Of a DNA stretch of 64,000 bases, positions 27,728 through 36,858 are shown piece by piece. A program made the position numbers and the translations under genes. Source of the stretch: a virus (Duplodnaviria; Heunggongvirae; Uroviricota; Caudoviricetes); IMG/VR virus record IMGVR_UViG_3300042890_002891, positions 130,831-194,830 of that record; one strand, 5' to 3'. The notes under the pieces are model-generated. The model was not told the origin of the DNA. It was given only the letters and a program-made list of their open reading frames with translations, and searched no databases. Numbering within the stretch: the stretch's first letter is position 1; each line of letters opens with the position of its first letter.

Positions 27728-28252
27728 TTACTGCTTTTTCCACCACCACACTGTTCTGACAAGACCAGTTATGTTTTTGTTTCTGTCAGATACTGGACCT
27801 TTCACAATGTCCAATCCAAATTCTTCGGACATTTCGTCGATCCAGGGTTTGCTCCAGCGGTAGGGCCACCCACTCTTGACCGATTCGGATTCAGACACTA
27901 GTGGTTGAACTCGCATCACAATGTATCCGCCTGATTTAACCCATTTTACCACTGTGGCCAATTCTTTGTAGGTTGCAGCTCTGTCCCGGTATTGCAATGA
28001 TCCCAGTGCCAGCACTGCATCTACGGAATTATCTGCCACGGTCATGTCATTTATATCGCAGCAATAGTCCAGGTCATCATGGGGGTGTTTGTCAAATCCA
28101 ATTAAATTTTTTATTTTTCCTTTAAAAAAATTAGACCCGCACCCCACATCAATTACCAAAGAAGGACACAATGCGTTTACTTCATCAATTAGATTTGATC
28201 CTGAATATTCAAAACCATTTAATTTTATCTCAGTGCTGTCCTGGTTTGTCAT
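27728..28252 (-). CDS. Class I SAM-dependent methyltransferase
   Basis: VIDVGCG...IGFD...DAVLALGSL. Confidence 0.8.
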   Translation of the reverse strand: MTNQDSTEIKLNGFEYSGSNLIDEVNALCPSLVIDVGCGSNFFKGKIKNLIGFDKHPHDDLDYCCDINDMTVADNSVDAVLALGSLQYRDRAATYKELATVVKWVKSGGYIVMRVQPLVSESESVKSGWPYRWSKPWIDEMSEEFGLDIVKGPVSDRNKNITGLVRTVWWWKKQ

Positions 28253-28304
28253 ATTACTGTTACCTTTATATCTGCTGCATTTTGGTTCCGGGATCTGATA
28301 TATT

Positions 28305-29282
28305 TCATTCTTTACTTAAATCAATTCGACTCAGCACCGGAATAAAGGCGGCACGTAATTCGTCCATTTGTTTGCGCAATCCTGCAGGAGTCAACTCAGA
28401 TTCTTCATAAAATACCACCTGACCGTCAGCCCATTCTTTGTACTCTGCAGAACGCACAGCAGCACTGAACTCACGCTGATACCAGTTCACCACAGCAGAG
28501 TCTGCTCCTGGAGGCAATTGAATACTCCAGGCCGCATACACATTGATGCCAGGTGCCACAGTATTCAACAACGGCACAGCAGGAAACTGTGGCATGCGTC
28601 TTGTGCCTGTGAATCCAATGGGTTTTACCTTGCCTGCGTCAATCAGAGCCTTGGCCACTGCAATAGGCAAGATACCAAATTCAGTACCTTGTGTGCCGTC
28701 GTAGCTGGCCACGCTGGTCACAGCAGGCGTGGGCCCATTGAACTTGATTGGCCGAACTAGATCTCGATTGCCCCGGCCCCGGTCCATCAAGTATTCAAAT
28801 GCAGTTCTATGAGCACCGCCGCCCACAGCCACGCTGATGGGTGCTGTGGTGGTACGAATCAATCGCACAAATTGTTCAGGTGTGTTGATGTCACTGCGCA
28901 CACTGGCCACCAAGACCAGTGGTGATTTGCCCATGGTCAGCACATCCACAAAGCTGTCGTACTTGTATTTCTTTATGGATTTTTCCCAGATGTCATTGGT
29001 AACATAGCTGCTCATGTGGCTGGGCAGGTTGATGGTGTAGCCGTCGGGCACAGCTTCCAGCACCTTGTTGTTGGCAATCACGCTGTCTGCTCCGGGAATA
29101 TTCTGCACCACAAATACCACTGTGGGATTGGTTTTCTGCACAATTGCTGCTAGTTTGCGAAAGGCAATTTCGTTGCCTGCACCTGGGGTGTTGCCCACAA
29201 TCACAGTAACAGGCTTAGTTGGCTCCCAGGCCATGGCTATTGCAGGTGCCAGTAGCAGGGCTAATAATAATTTTTTGATCAC
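28305..29282 (-). CDS. Bug/TctC-family periplasmic substrate-binding protein
   Basis: GTG start with AAGGAG RBS; signal peptide; WEPTKPVTVIVGNTPGAG...QNIPGA...PDGYT...FPAVP. Confidence 0.85.
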   Translation of the reverse strand: MIKKLLLALLLAPAIAMAWEPTKPVTVIVGNTPGAGNEIAFRKLAAIVQKTNPTVVFVVQNIPGADSVIANNKVLEAVPDGYTINLPSHMSSYVTNDIWEKSIKKYKYDSFVDVLTMGKSPLVLVASVRSDINTPEQFVRLIRTTTAPISVAVGGGAHRTAFEYLMDRGRGNRDLVRPIKFNGPTPAVTSVASYDGTQGTEFGILPIAVAKALIDAGKVKPIGFTGTRRMPQFPAVPLLNTVAPGINVYAAWSIQLPPGADSAVVNWYQREFSAAVRSAEYKEWADGQVVFYEESELTPAGLRKQMDELRAAFIPVLSRIDLSKE

Positions 29283-29294
29283 TTGTAGTCTCCT

Positions 29295-29353
29295 TAAATA
29301 AAGTATCAACACAACAAAATATTTAATTCTGTTGTAAAATTCTACTTTATTTA
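29295..29353. repeat. Imperfect palindrome between divergent genes
   Basis: taaataaagta (29295-29305) / tactttattta (29343-29353), with inner acaaca/tgttgt. Confidence 0.7.
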
Positions 29354-29364
29354 TAAAAATTTCT

Positions 29365-30099
29365 ATGAATACCAAAATTTTCTCCCTTCTTGTAAAAAAT
29401 CTAAACCTGGCTTTTCCTCTGGGCAAGCATGATCAGATCCGAGCCAGCATTGGTGCTGACACTGTGATAGACGCCTTGCCCTGGACGCCCGCACGTTATC
29501 GCAAGTTTCGAGACGCTGTGGAAGCTGAGCTGAGCCTGCCCTGTGAATACTGCGGAACACTACAGGAGATTTGTGATGATCTCAGTGAACGCTACACACA
29601 CAGATTTTTTGCTGAAATCTGGAAGCCACGCACAGGCGACTATGAACACACAGGATGGGAACTGGCAGATGAAGTTAACCGCTTGAATCCTGTGAGTGTG
29701 CTGGATGTGGGCTGCGGATATCATCCTTTCAAAGGGCGCATACAGAATCTTGTGGGGATAGATCCCTACAATAACTGCGCAGATTATGAAGTGGATATTC
29801 TAGACTACCGGGTCAAGCCTGCTAGCCACGACGTGATCATTGCTCTGGGTGCAATAAACTTCAATTCACGTGCGGACATTGAATCACGTTTTGCGCATTG
29901 TGTGAGCCTGCTAAAGACTCAGGGTAAATTCTTTTTACGAGCTAATCCGGGTATAACACACAAGACAGGACCTTATGTGGAAATCTTTCCGTGGACGTTT
30001 GAAGTGGTAAATGAATTTGCAGAAAAGTACAATCTGCATCTGGACACCTTCAAAAAGGATGCCAATGATAGACTGTACTTTGTCTATACCAAACAGTGA
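29365..30099 (+). CDS. Class I SAM-dependent methyltransferase with N-terminal helical extension
   Basis: VLDVGCG...VGID...DVIIALGAI; paralogous to 27728-28252. Confidence 0.8.
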   Translation: MNTKIFSLLVKNLNLAFPLGKHDQIRASIGADTVIDALPWTPARYRKFRDAVEAELSLPCEYCGTLQEICDDLSERYTHRFFAEIWKPRTGDYEHTGWELADEVNRLNPVSVLDVGCGYHPFKGRIQNLVGIDPYNNCADYEVDILDYRVKPASHDVIIALGAINFNSRADIESRFAHCVSLLKTQGKFFLRANPGITHKTGPYVEIFPWTFEVVNEFAEKYNLHLDTFKKDANDRLYFVYTKQ

Positions 30100-30719
30100 C
30101 CTAACAGATACAAGGCGGCCTTTTCGTGTGCTGCCTCTAATGGGTGCCCGCCTGGCCCAATTGCAAAATTATTTTGTTTGCTCCAATCCACAAAATTTAA
30201 TTTATCGAATTGCTGTAAATGTGGTTGTATCTGTTGTTGCAGTACCAGCATACCTGGGCTAGCATGCCATCGGTCCTCAAACAACAGATCATCCATGTAG
30301 GTCATGCAAAATTTTTTGCCCGCAGCAGTTAATGCCTGAACAGCAGTATTGATCCAGATTAGATTGTGTAATTTATCTGCGTAGTCTGCGTGAATATTTT
30401 GATAGTAGTATTGAGCCCGTGGATGGTCATGGTTGGGATTCAAACTGTGCCATTGATCGTTGCCTGCAAAAATATAATCCCAGCGCATGGTCCAGGTCCA
30501 ATTGACAATGTAAAGATCAGTTTGATCTTTTGCTAGTTCGTCGAGTATATTGTTGAGTATGGACAAGTTCCCGCAACCGCTGCGGGCTAAACAATTATAG
30601 TCGTGTCCTAATCTCTGTGCTATCACCGCAGGCCACGTTGTACGGCTGTGTTTCTTTGGGTGAGAATCTGCGTGTTCTGCTCCGTGTATAAACGAGCATC
30701 CGAACCCGGTTACAGTCAT
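30084..30719 (-). CDS. SGNH-hydrolase-like protein
   Basis: GCSFIHG...WP...ARSGCGN...GGHPLEAAH. Confidence 0.6.
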   Translation of the reverse strand: MTVTGFGCSFIHGAEHADSHPKKHSRTTWPAVIAQRLGHDYNCLARSGCGNLSILNNILDELAKDQTDLYIVNWTWTMRWDYIFAGNDQWHSLNPNHDHPRAQYYYQNIHADYADKLHNLIWINTAVQALTAAGKKFCMTYMDDLLFEDRWHASPGMLVLQQQIQPHLQQFDKLNFVDWSKQNNFAIGPGGHPLEAAHEKAALYLLGHCLV

Positions 30720-30728
30720 TGATACTAT

Positions 30729-31304
30729 TTAAAGGATACCAGCAGCGGCTTGTATGGCCCGCATGCCCGCATCACGTTGATAGATGTTTTTTGTGGTAAT
30801 TCCTGCTGCCACACGCATTTCGTTTAGGTCACCTTCTGTGCGTTCACGATACTCGTTGGGAGTTAGTGGCACCAGTTCGGCAAATGTTTCTGGACTCCAC
30901 TCATGGCGCTGCTTTTTGTACACCATGACCCAGTCTTCGGGCTCATACTCTGTGAGTGTGCCTAGGTCGCCTAGGATTTCTTCAATTTGTTTGGGTGCAG
31001 CATTGCGTCTGCGCATTTCAAGATACACTAGATAACGATTGGGTTTGATTTCACCGGGGCTGGTGTCTGCATCCAGCACAAAATCATAGCCCTTTTCAAA
31101 CCAGCTGGTTAGATCCTTGGCAGCTTGGCGATCACGCACAAAAAAGCTCACCACAATTACATCAGAATCTTCGCCCATTTTGCTACTGAATTCGTCAATA
31201 TGAATCGTGGGCTTCATTATGCCCTCTAGGTCTTTGTAGCCTAACCCTTCGTTAAGCTGCTGGGGGGACTGCTGTGGGTTGCTGAAGTTGTTGTTGTGCT
31301 GCAT
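30729..31304 (-). CDS. Conserved-looking phage hypothetical protein
   Basis: LNEGLGYKDL...IDEFSSKMG...EKGYDFVLDAD; start uncertain. Confidence 0.6.
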   Translation of the reverse strand: MQHNNNFSNPQQSPQQLNEGLGYKDLEGIMKPTIHIDEFSSKMGEDSDVIVVSFFVRDRQAAKDLTSWFEKGYDFVLDADTSPGEIKPNRYLVYLEMRRRNAAPKQIEEILGDLGTLTEYEPEDWVMVYKKQRHEWSPETFAELVPLTPNEYRERTEGDLNEMRVAAGITTKNIYQRDAGMRAIQAAAGIL

Positions 31305-31836
31305 TTGCTTTCTCATCATCTTTGTATTGATCTTGGTCCAGGTCTTGTGCATAAGCATCATCCAGATCCTGCAGATCAATTTCTTCATCTTCTAGATCAA
31401 TGGATCCGGTGCGTATGTCAGAAATCAAGTTTTTGGGTATCACAATCTCCACCAGCCAGACCTTTTTGGTTATTAATCGAGCAATGTGTGTGCCGCCCAG
31501 GTAGTCGCTGGGTTCTGTGACCTTGATAGGAATCTTCATGTTGACTTTTTTGAAGTTTACATCACAGTCAAATGGCAAAAGTCTGCGTCCGCCACGTGGG
31601 TCGGGCATGAGATTTTCGGGCCACATAAAGATGCAGGTCACCTTGTATTTGCCAATATCGGGACCTTGCACCAGTTCACCGCGATCCCAGTTGCGAAATG
31701 CATACACATCCATTTCGTCCAGCACACGTTCAAAGTCCAGCAGGGTCAACAAACTGCCCTCACTCAGGTAAATGTCGCGAATATTGTCCGCAACATTCCA
31801 GTAGTCTGTGTGATCTTTAAAGATATTTTCGTCCAT
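31252..31836 (-). CDS. Phage hypothetical protein
   Basis: Long ORF after TAAATA at 31842. Confidence 0.65.
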   Translation of the reverse strand: MDENIFKDHTDYWNVADNIRDIYLSEGSLLTLLDFERVLDEMDVYAFRNWDRGELVQGPDIGKYKVTCIFMWPENLMPDPRGGRRLLPFDCDVNFKKVNMKIPIKVTEPSDYLGGTHIARLITKKVWLVEIVIPKNLISDIRTGSIDLEDEEIDLQDLDDAYAQDLDQDQYKDDEKANAAQQQLQQPTAVPPAA

Positions 31837-31914
31837 GCAGATATTTATGGCAAGTGAATAGAACCTGTAGGCTTTGAATTCCGGTATTAATGGCTAAATC
31901 TTGTGGCCACAGTG

Positions 31915-33024
31915 TTAACTTATTTTGACCCAACCGTATTCCACAGTGACAGTGTTGCCGGATGCGTTGTTGATGCCAAAAGAGAATACATTGGTATTGG
32001 CCACCACAGGAGCAGCATTGCTTATAGCACCGGCTGTGCCAATGATCTGAGCAGGTATGCTGGTAAACAAAATAAGATTTCCGCCACCTTCGTAGTTCCA
32101 GGCAAACTGTTGACCTATCACTGGCACATTGATATTGGTTACAGTTGCTAGAGCATTCCACGCAATGATACCATTGGGTATGTTGCCTTCTACCCACATC
32201 TGATAGGTGTTGTTGCCATCCACTGTGAAACTCTGTGTGCTGTTGCCTGTGGGCACTGTCCAAGCGCCGTAAGATTTAGTGACCACATTGCCCGAGGTGC
32301 CTGTTACGTTTAAGTTGCCAGTGACTGTGGCGTTGCCTGCGACACTGATGTTGCCACCGGTGATATTGCCCGAAAGATCAATATCTCCCACTACATTGAG
32401 GCCATCCTCAACAGTGACAAAAGTTGAATCATCACTGGAGATGTTGTTGATCACTAGATTGCTACCAGTAATATTGCCCAAGACAGCAACCGCTCCCACA
32501 ACGTTGAGTCCGTCTTCTATGGTGACAAAAGTTGAATCATCACTGGAGATGCTGTTGATCACTAGATTGATTGCATCCAGGTTGCCAGCAATGATGTTGC
32601 CAGCAGTGATGTTGCCAGTGGTACTCACAGGATTTGATCCCAGTGCAGCCAAGTTGGCCACAACATTGGCGTTGCCGTAGCTTGATACAATCCCAGTCAG
32701 CTGTGATCCGTTGCCCACAAAGTAATTGCCGCTGATGTTGCCAGTTGCACTAACAACACCTGTGACATATGCACCGGTTGTGGCAAACACTGCCACGTTG
32801 GATACACCGCCAACAGTGACATTGGCATTGCCATTTATGGTCTGTATGTCTATGCTGGTTGTGCCATTTTGAATTCTGTCGCCCAGAATGTTGCCGCTGA
32901 GTGTGGCGTTGCCGCTCACGCTCAAATTGCCAGTGATTGCTACATTGCCTGTAATCGACAGCGTATTTGCTCCAGAATTTAAATTTATCAAATAATCGCT
33001 ATTGGTTACAAGAGATGACGACAT
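31915..33024 (-). CDS. Gly/Asn-rich fiber-like structural protein
   Basis: GNITGGN-type repeats; TAAATA at 33065. Confidence 0.65.
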   Translation of the reverse strand: MSSSLVTNSDYLINLNSGANTLSITGNVAITGNLSVSGNATLSGNILGDRIQNGTTSIDIQTINGNANVTVGGVSNVAVFATTGAYVTGVVSATGNISGNYFVGNGSQLTGIVSSYGNANVVANLAALGSNPVSTTGNITAGNIIAGNLDAINLVINSISSDDSTFVTIEDGLNVVGAVAVLGNITGSNLVINNISSDDSTFVTVEDGLNVVGDIDLSGNITGGNISVAGNATVTGNLNVTGTSGNVVTKSYGAWTVPTGNSTQSFTVDGNNTYQMWVEGNIPNGIIAWNALATVTNINVPVIGQQFAWNYEGGGNLILFTSIPAQIIGTAGAISNAAPVVANTNVFSFGINNASGNTVTVEYGWVKIS

Positions 33025-33112
33025 TGTGTTGGCCTTTAAAATAAGTAGATTTTATCTAACCAGTTATTTATTCAGTAAGATATAGAACTGCGTGGTTTTG
33101 TTGTCAACGCCA

Positions 33113-33190
33113 CAGCCTAATACTTAGTCCAGTATTCTCTGAAATCTCGGTGCATAGATCTTCAGTTGCAAACACCTAAATATTAGGCTG
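33113..33190. promoter_or_regulatory. 15-bp inverted repeat forming back-to-back late-promoter-like boxes
   Basis: Minus CTAAGTATTAGGCTG (33113-33127) and plus CTAAATATTAGGCTG (33176-33190). Confidence 0.55.
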
Positions 33191-33222
33191 GACGCAACCA
33201 GCACAATACAGGAGAACCGCAC

Positions 33223-33966
33223 TTGAGTAGACAAAGAGGGGCCAAAGCCCAAACACAAAAAAGAGTAGCAGCACAAATGGTAGAAAACACAATTCCGTTT
33301 AATTCAGAATCCAAACAGAGACAACGCCGCATAGACTTGATCCCTCGAACACGAAATCAAGAAACCCTGGTGATGGCTCTGCAAGATCCTGCCACGCATA
33401 TTGTGGTCACAGTGGGACCAGCTGGCACAGGTAAAACATACCTGGCCATGGTGGCCGCTGTTAGAGCACTCAAACAAGGAGAATGTGAACGTATTGTGAT
33501 GACTCGCCCTGCAGTGGGAGTCGAAGGAGAACAACATGGTTTCTTGCCGGGCAATCTTGTTGCCAAGATGGAACCATGGACCCGTCCGTTACTGGATGTC
33601 ATGCGAGAATTTTATCGCCCTCAGGACATTGTAACCATGATCGAAGACCAAGTAGTGGAGATAGCGCCTCTGGCATTCATGCGCGGCCGTACTTTTAAAA
33701 ACAGTTGGATAATAGCAGACGAAATGCAAAACGCAACTCCTGCCCAGGCCAAGATGTTAATGACTCGTATCGGACAAAACAGCAAAATCGTTATAACAGG
33801 AGATGTCGAGCAGGCAGACCGTAGCAACGGCGACAATGGCTTGATGGACCTGTGTAATCGATTACGTGCTCATCCAGTAGCAGGCATGGAAGTATGTGCT
33901 CTAGAAGCTAGAGACGTGCAGCGCCATAAAATTATTGGTGACGTGTTGAAACTGTATTCTCGCTAG
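33223..33966 (+). CDS. phoH: PhoH-family ATPase
   Basis: GPAGTGKT...GFLPG...PLAFMRGRT...DEMQN...ITGD; TTG start with AGGAG. Confidence 0.92.
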   Translation: MSRQRGAKAQTQKRVAAQMVENTIPFNSESKQRQRRIDLIPRTRNQETLVMALQDPATHIVVTVGPAGTGKTYLAMVAAVRALKQGECERIVMTRPAVGVEGEQHGFLPGNLVAKMEPWTRPLLDVMREFYRPQDIVTMIEDQVVEIAPLAFMRGRTFKNSWIIADEMQNATPAQAKMLMTRIGQNSKIVITGDVEQADRSNGDNGLMDLCNRLRAHPVAGMEVCALEARDVQRHKIIGDVLKLYSR

Positions 33967-34543
33967 GAGCAATTATAGAATAAATTTCTCGCCAATTTTT
34001 AACAACCGGATACGGGCACACATGATGCATGTTGTGCCCGTGTTCTACCAGTATGCTTTTCAGGCCCATGGCATGGCCAACATCGGCATTTTCGGGCTTG
34101 TCCTCACACCACCACATGCCACTGTCACGATAGAACTCTAGTGCAGAGTCTTTGTCTGCGCCGGTGTCCAGGCAAATCACACTTTCAATTGCATTGCCAA
34201 ACAGTTTGTGCAGATTCATTTCTCTCAGCTTGGCAGCATTTCGATCCAGGCTCAGACTGGTGATCACTCGAAACTGATAGCCATGTTCTTCATACAGGCG
34301 TTTGACATAGTAGGTGGCATCACGTAGAGCAGGCAAGAAGCCCACAGCAGCCGATTCGTTGAAGGTCTTTACAACCTTTTTGGCGTCTTTTTCTTCCAGT
34401 TCACGATAGTGATGATGTAGGAAATAACTTTTCTTGTTGTCTGCTGTGAGTGTGTATCCGCGCTCCTGCATCCAGACTGAGAATGCCCATTCCCAGTCAA
34501 GTAAGACGCCATCAGCGTCAGTTAGTATCAGTCGATTCTTCAT
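33932..34543 (-). CDS. HAD-family phosphatase (5'(3')-deoxyribonucleotidase-like)
   Basis: DADGVLLDW...ITSL...WCEDK. Confidence 0.75.
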   Translation of the reverse strand: MKNRLILTDADGVLLDWEWAFSVWMQERGYTLTADNKKSYFLHHHYRELEEKDAKKVVKTFNESAAVGFLPALRDATYYVKRLYEEHGYQFRVITSLSLDRNAAKLREMNLHKLFGNAIESVICLDTGADKDSALEFYRDSGMWWCEDKPENADVGHAMGLKSILVEHGHNMHHVCPYPVVKNWREIYSIIAPSENTVSTRHQ

Positions 34544-35442
34544 TGGGTTCCTTTAGGACAGTTATATTGACATGCTGGAATAGAATCCAGCGTTTGATAA
34601 AAATCAACCACAGCTGGTTGCTCTAGTATGCTGGTCAAGCTGGTGGTATTGATATTGTATGCTTTTTTGTTTTTGCCAAATTCTGTTTTATAATAGAATC
34701 GGTGATCAGCAACATAACAACAAGGACTATAGTAGCCGTCGGCTGTGACGAAGTGATGATCTCCGGGGGCGCACCTGGCATCAACTCTGCCTGATCTATT
34801 GTGATTTTTCCAGTCCTGTTGATCATTGTATCTTGAGCCCAGTAAATCAGTTGTGGGTATTAGATGTTCAGTTTGTTCGTCAAATCTATCACTTGGCGAA
34901 ATCTCAAAGTGATCTATGCCTAGTGATTGACTCAGAGCGTGAGCTTGATCAATACAGGTCTGATTAAATGCAAATGGTATAAATTTCCAGGTGGTTACAC
35001 ACTGTGCCCGAGCACAAATTGTCATTGCTGATTGTATCGACGTCCAGTCTGCATTTGTTCTATACTGAGTGAAATTTTCTGGTATGCCATCAACTGAAAA
35101 TGTAACTGAGTCATTTTTGTCTAGACACGATGTTAATTCTTGCCACCACTCGGATTTTTTATGGCTACCATTAGTGATTATTGTGACTGCTGCGCCACGC
35201 TGTTTGAACTGTTGTATCATGCTTATAAAATCAGGATGATAGATTGGGTCGCCGTAGTTGCCGCAAAATGTCACAGGCATATTGGTCAAATCAATATCCA
35301 AAAACTGCATCAACACCTCTACGTCCAGACTATGATTGCGCCAGTGCTGCGGCCATTGCTGTATAAATCTGGTTCTAGCACAACCTGCACATTTCAATGT
35401 GCAGATGTTTGTGGGTTCAATGTGCAGTGCTTGTATCCGCAT
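34540..35442 (-). CDS. Radical SAM protein with SPASM-like C-terminus
   Basis: CTLKCAGC; GNYGDP; ITNGS; C-terminal Cys cluster. Confidence 0.85.
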   Translation of the reverse strand: MRIQALHIEPTNICTLKCAGCARTRFIQQWPQHWRNHSLDVEVLMQFLDIDLTNMPVTFCGNYGDPIYHPDFISMIQQFKQRGAAVTIITNGSHKKSEWWQELTSCLDKNDSVTFSVDGIPENFTQYRTNADWTSIQSAMTICARAQCVTTWKFIPFAFNQTCIDQAHALSQSLGIDHFEISPSDRFDEQTEHLIPTTDLLGSRYNDQQDWKNHNRSGRVDARCAPGDHHFVTADGYYSPCCYVADHRFYYKTEFGKNKKAYNINTTSLTSILEQPAVVDFYQTLDSIPACQYNCPKGTQ

Positions 35443-35725
35443 CTTGTGACACTGTAGTTTCTGGTTTGACAATTTCGTAGCCGTTTTCATTGAACAGTCG
35501 TTCAATGGTTGAAGCATAGTGTTGATGATAGTAGGTCACAATTCTGTCCCAGTCCCTGGGAACCTGCACGCCGTTCATGCTGCACTTGACCACCTGGAGT
35601 TTTTTAAAGTCCAGGATCACGCTGGCAGTTTGCAAATCTCTTGCTCTGATGTTTTTGCTCACAGCCATTGCTTCGTCAATTTTGCCATCGGCCTTGGTGT
35701 AGTAGGTAAGTGTGAGATATCTCAT
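35417..35725 (-). CDS. Hypothetical protein
   Basis: Coupled ORF between the two radical SAM genes. Confidence 0.6.
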   Translation of the reverse strand: MRYLTLTYYTKADGKIDEAMAVSKNIRARDLQTASVILDFKKLQVVKCSMNGVQVPRDWDRIVTYYHQHYASTIERLFNENGYEIVKPETTVSQDADTSTAH

Positions 35726-36852
35726 GATGTCAATTGATATTTTTTCATAATTTCATTATATTTTTCTAGTGTGTTTGCTTTTGGCGCACACAACCCGCAC
35801 AAGCACTGGTATTTTTTACATTGTATAATTGGTAAAGAATCAGTGTCAAGTTGACCGCGCAAAGTAGATAATATATTGTCAGTGTCATTGAGATTGCCAA
35901 TAGGACCCACTTCACCTTTAAAATTCATCTTGCAATCTTTGTTTACATAAACTTCTCCATTGACTTGTTTTACATAAAGAAAGAAATGATTTACACTACA
36001 ATACCAGTCTGGAAATTTATTTTCAACATAAAAATGTCGTTGCTTGTAATTTTGATCAGTACAAGTTTGTCGTCCACCACAACATGCTCTGCCAACATCA
36101 GTTAAATGCACTCCCTTATCGGTATTTTCAAAGGGAGAATATTCACCAAAAGTAGACGATTTATACAACTTATCAAACCATTGCACTTGTTGCTGATTAT
36201 ATATTCTTTTGTTGTCGACTGTTCCACTATCTCCGTCAAGCTGTCTAGGCAAACTTTTAATATTGTTTTGATCCAACCAACTTAGCATGTTCTGCGCATC
36301 AGAAAAAAGATCCGCTTCTTGGTGCATGAGCACTATGCATTTTTGTCGGCAGCCCGAGTCTCTAATGGTCAGCAGGTTGTCACAAAATTGTTGTTTTTGT
36401 TTTTTAGTACTTTCTGTATGATAACTTACAGTAAATTCATCAATGAACGGAATAATTTGTACCAGGCGTTTTTTGCTAATAATAGCATTGGTAGTGGTAG
36501 TTACTGTTAAATGCCAACGAGCAGAATATTTCTGATGTTCTTCTTTAACCTGACTCAATATTTTGACAATTTCTGGATGATGCAAACTTTCACCTCCATA
36601 CACGTTTAAGATCACATATTTAATTCCTTTGGATTTTGTATTCATGTACAAATCCACATATTCGAACATAAATCTCAGTGACTTCAAACACTCAGCCAAT
36701 GGCGGATGCGTGGTTGAGTTATCGTGGCCGCCGTGAATACCGGTAGGACAATATGTGCAATCTAAATTGCATTTTAAAGTTAGTTCCCAGTCCAACAGGA
36801 ATGTTATTCTGTTGTTGGGATCTATAGCAGGTTCTAGAGTGTTAAAATTCAT
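35722..36852 (-). CDS. Radical SAM protein
   Basis: CNLDCTYC; YGGES; C-terminal CKKYQCLCGLC. Confidence 0.85.
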   Translation of the reverse strand: MNFNTLEPAIDPNNRITFLLDWELTLKCNLDCTYCPTGIHGGHDNSTTHPPLAECLKSLRFMFEYVDLYMNTKSKGIKYVILNVYGGESLHHPEIVKILSQVKEEHQKYSARWHLTVTTTTNAIISKKRLVQIIPFIDEFTVSYHTESTKKQKQQFCDNLLTIRDSGCRQKCIVLMHQEADLFSDAQNMLSWLDQNNIKSLPRQLDGDSGTVDNKRIYNQQQVQWFDKLYKSSTFGEYSPFENTDKGVHLTDVGRACCGGRQTCTDQNYKQRHFYVENKFPDWYCSVNHFFLYVKQVNGEVYVNKDCKMNFKGEVGPIGNLNDTDNILSTLRGQLDTDSLPIIQCKKYQCLCGLCAPKANTLEKYNEIMKKYQLTS

Positions 36853-36858
36853 TTAAGA

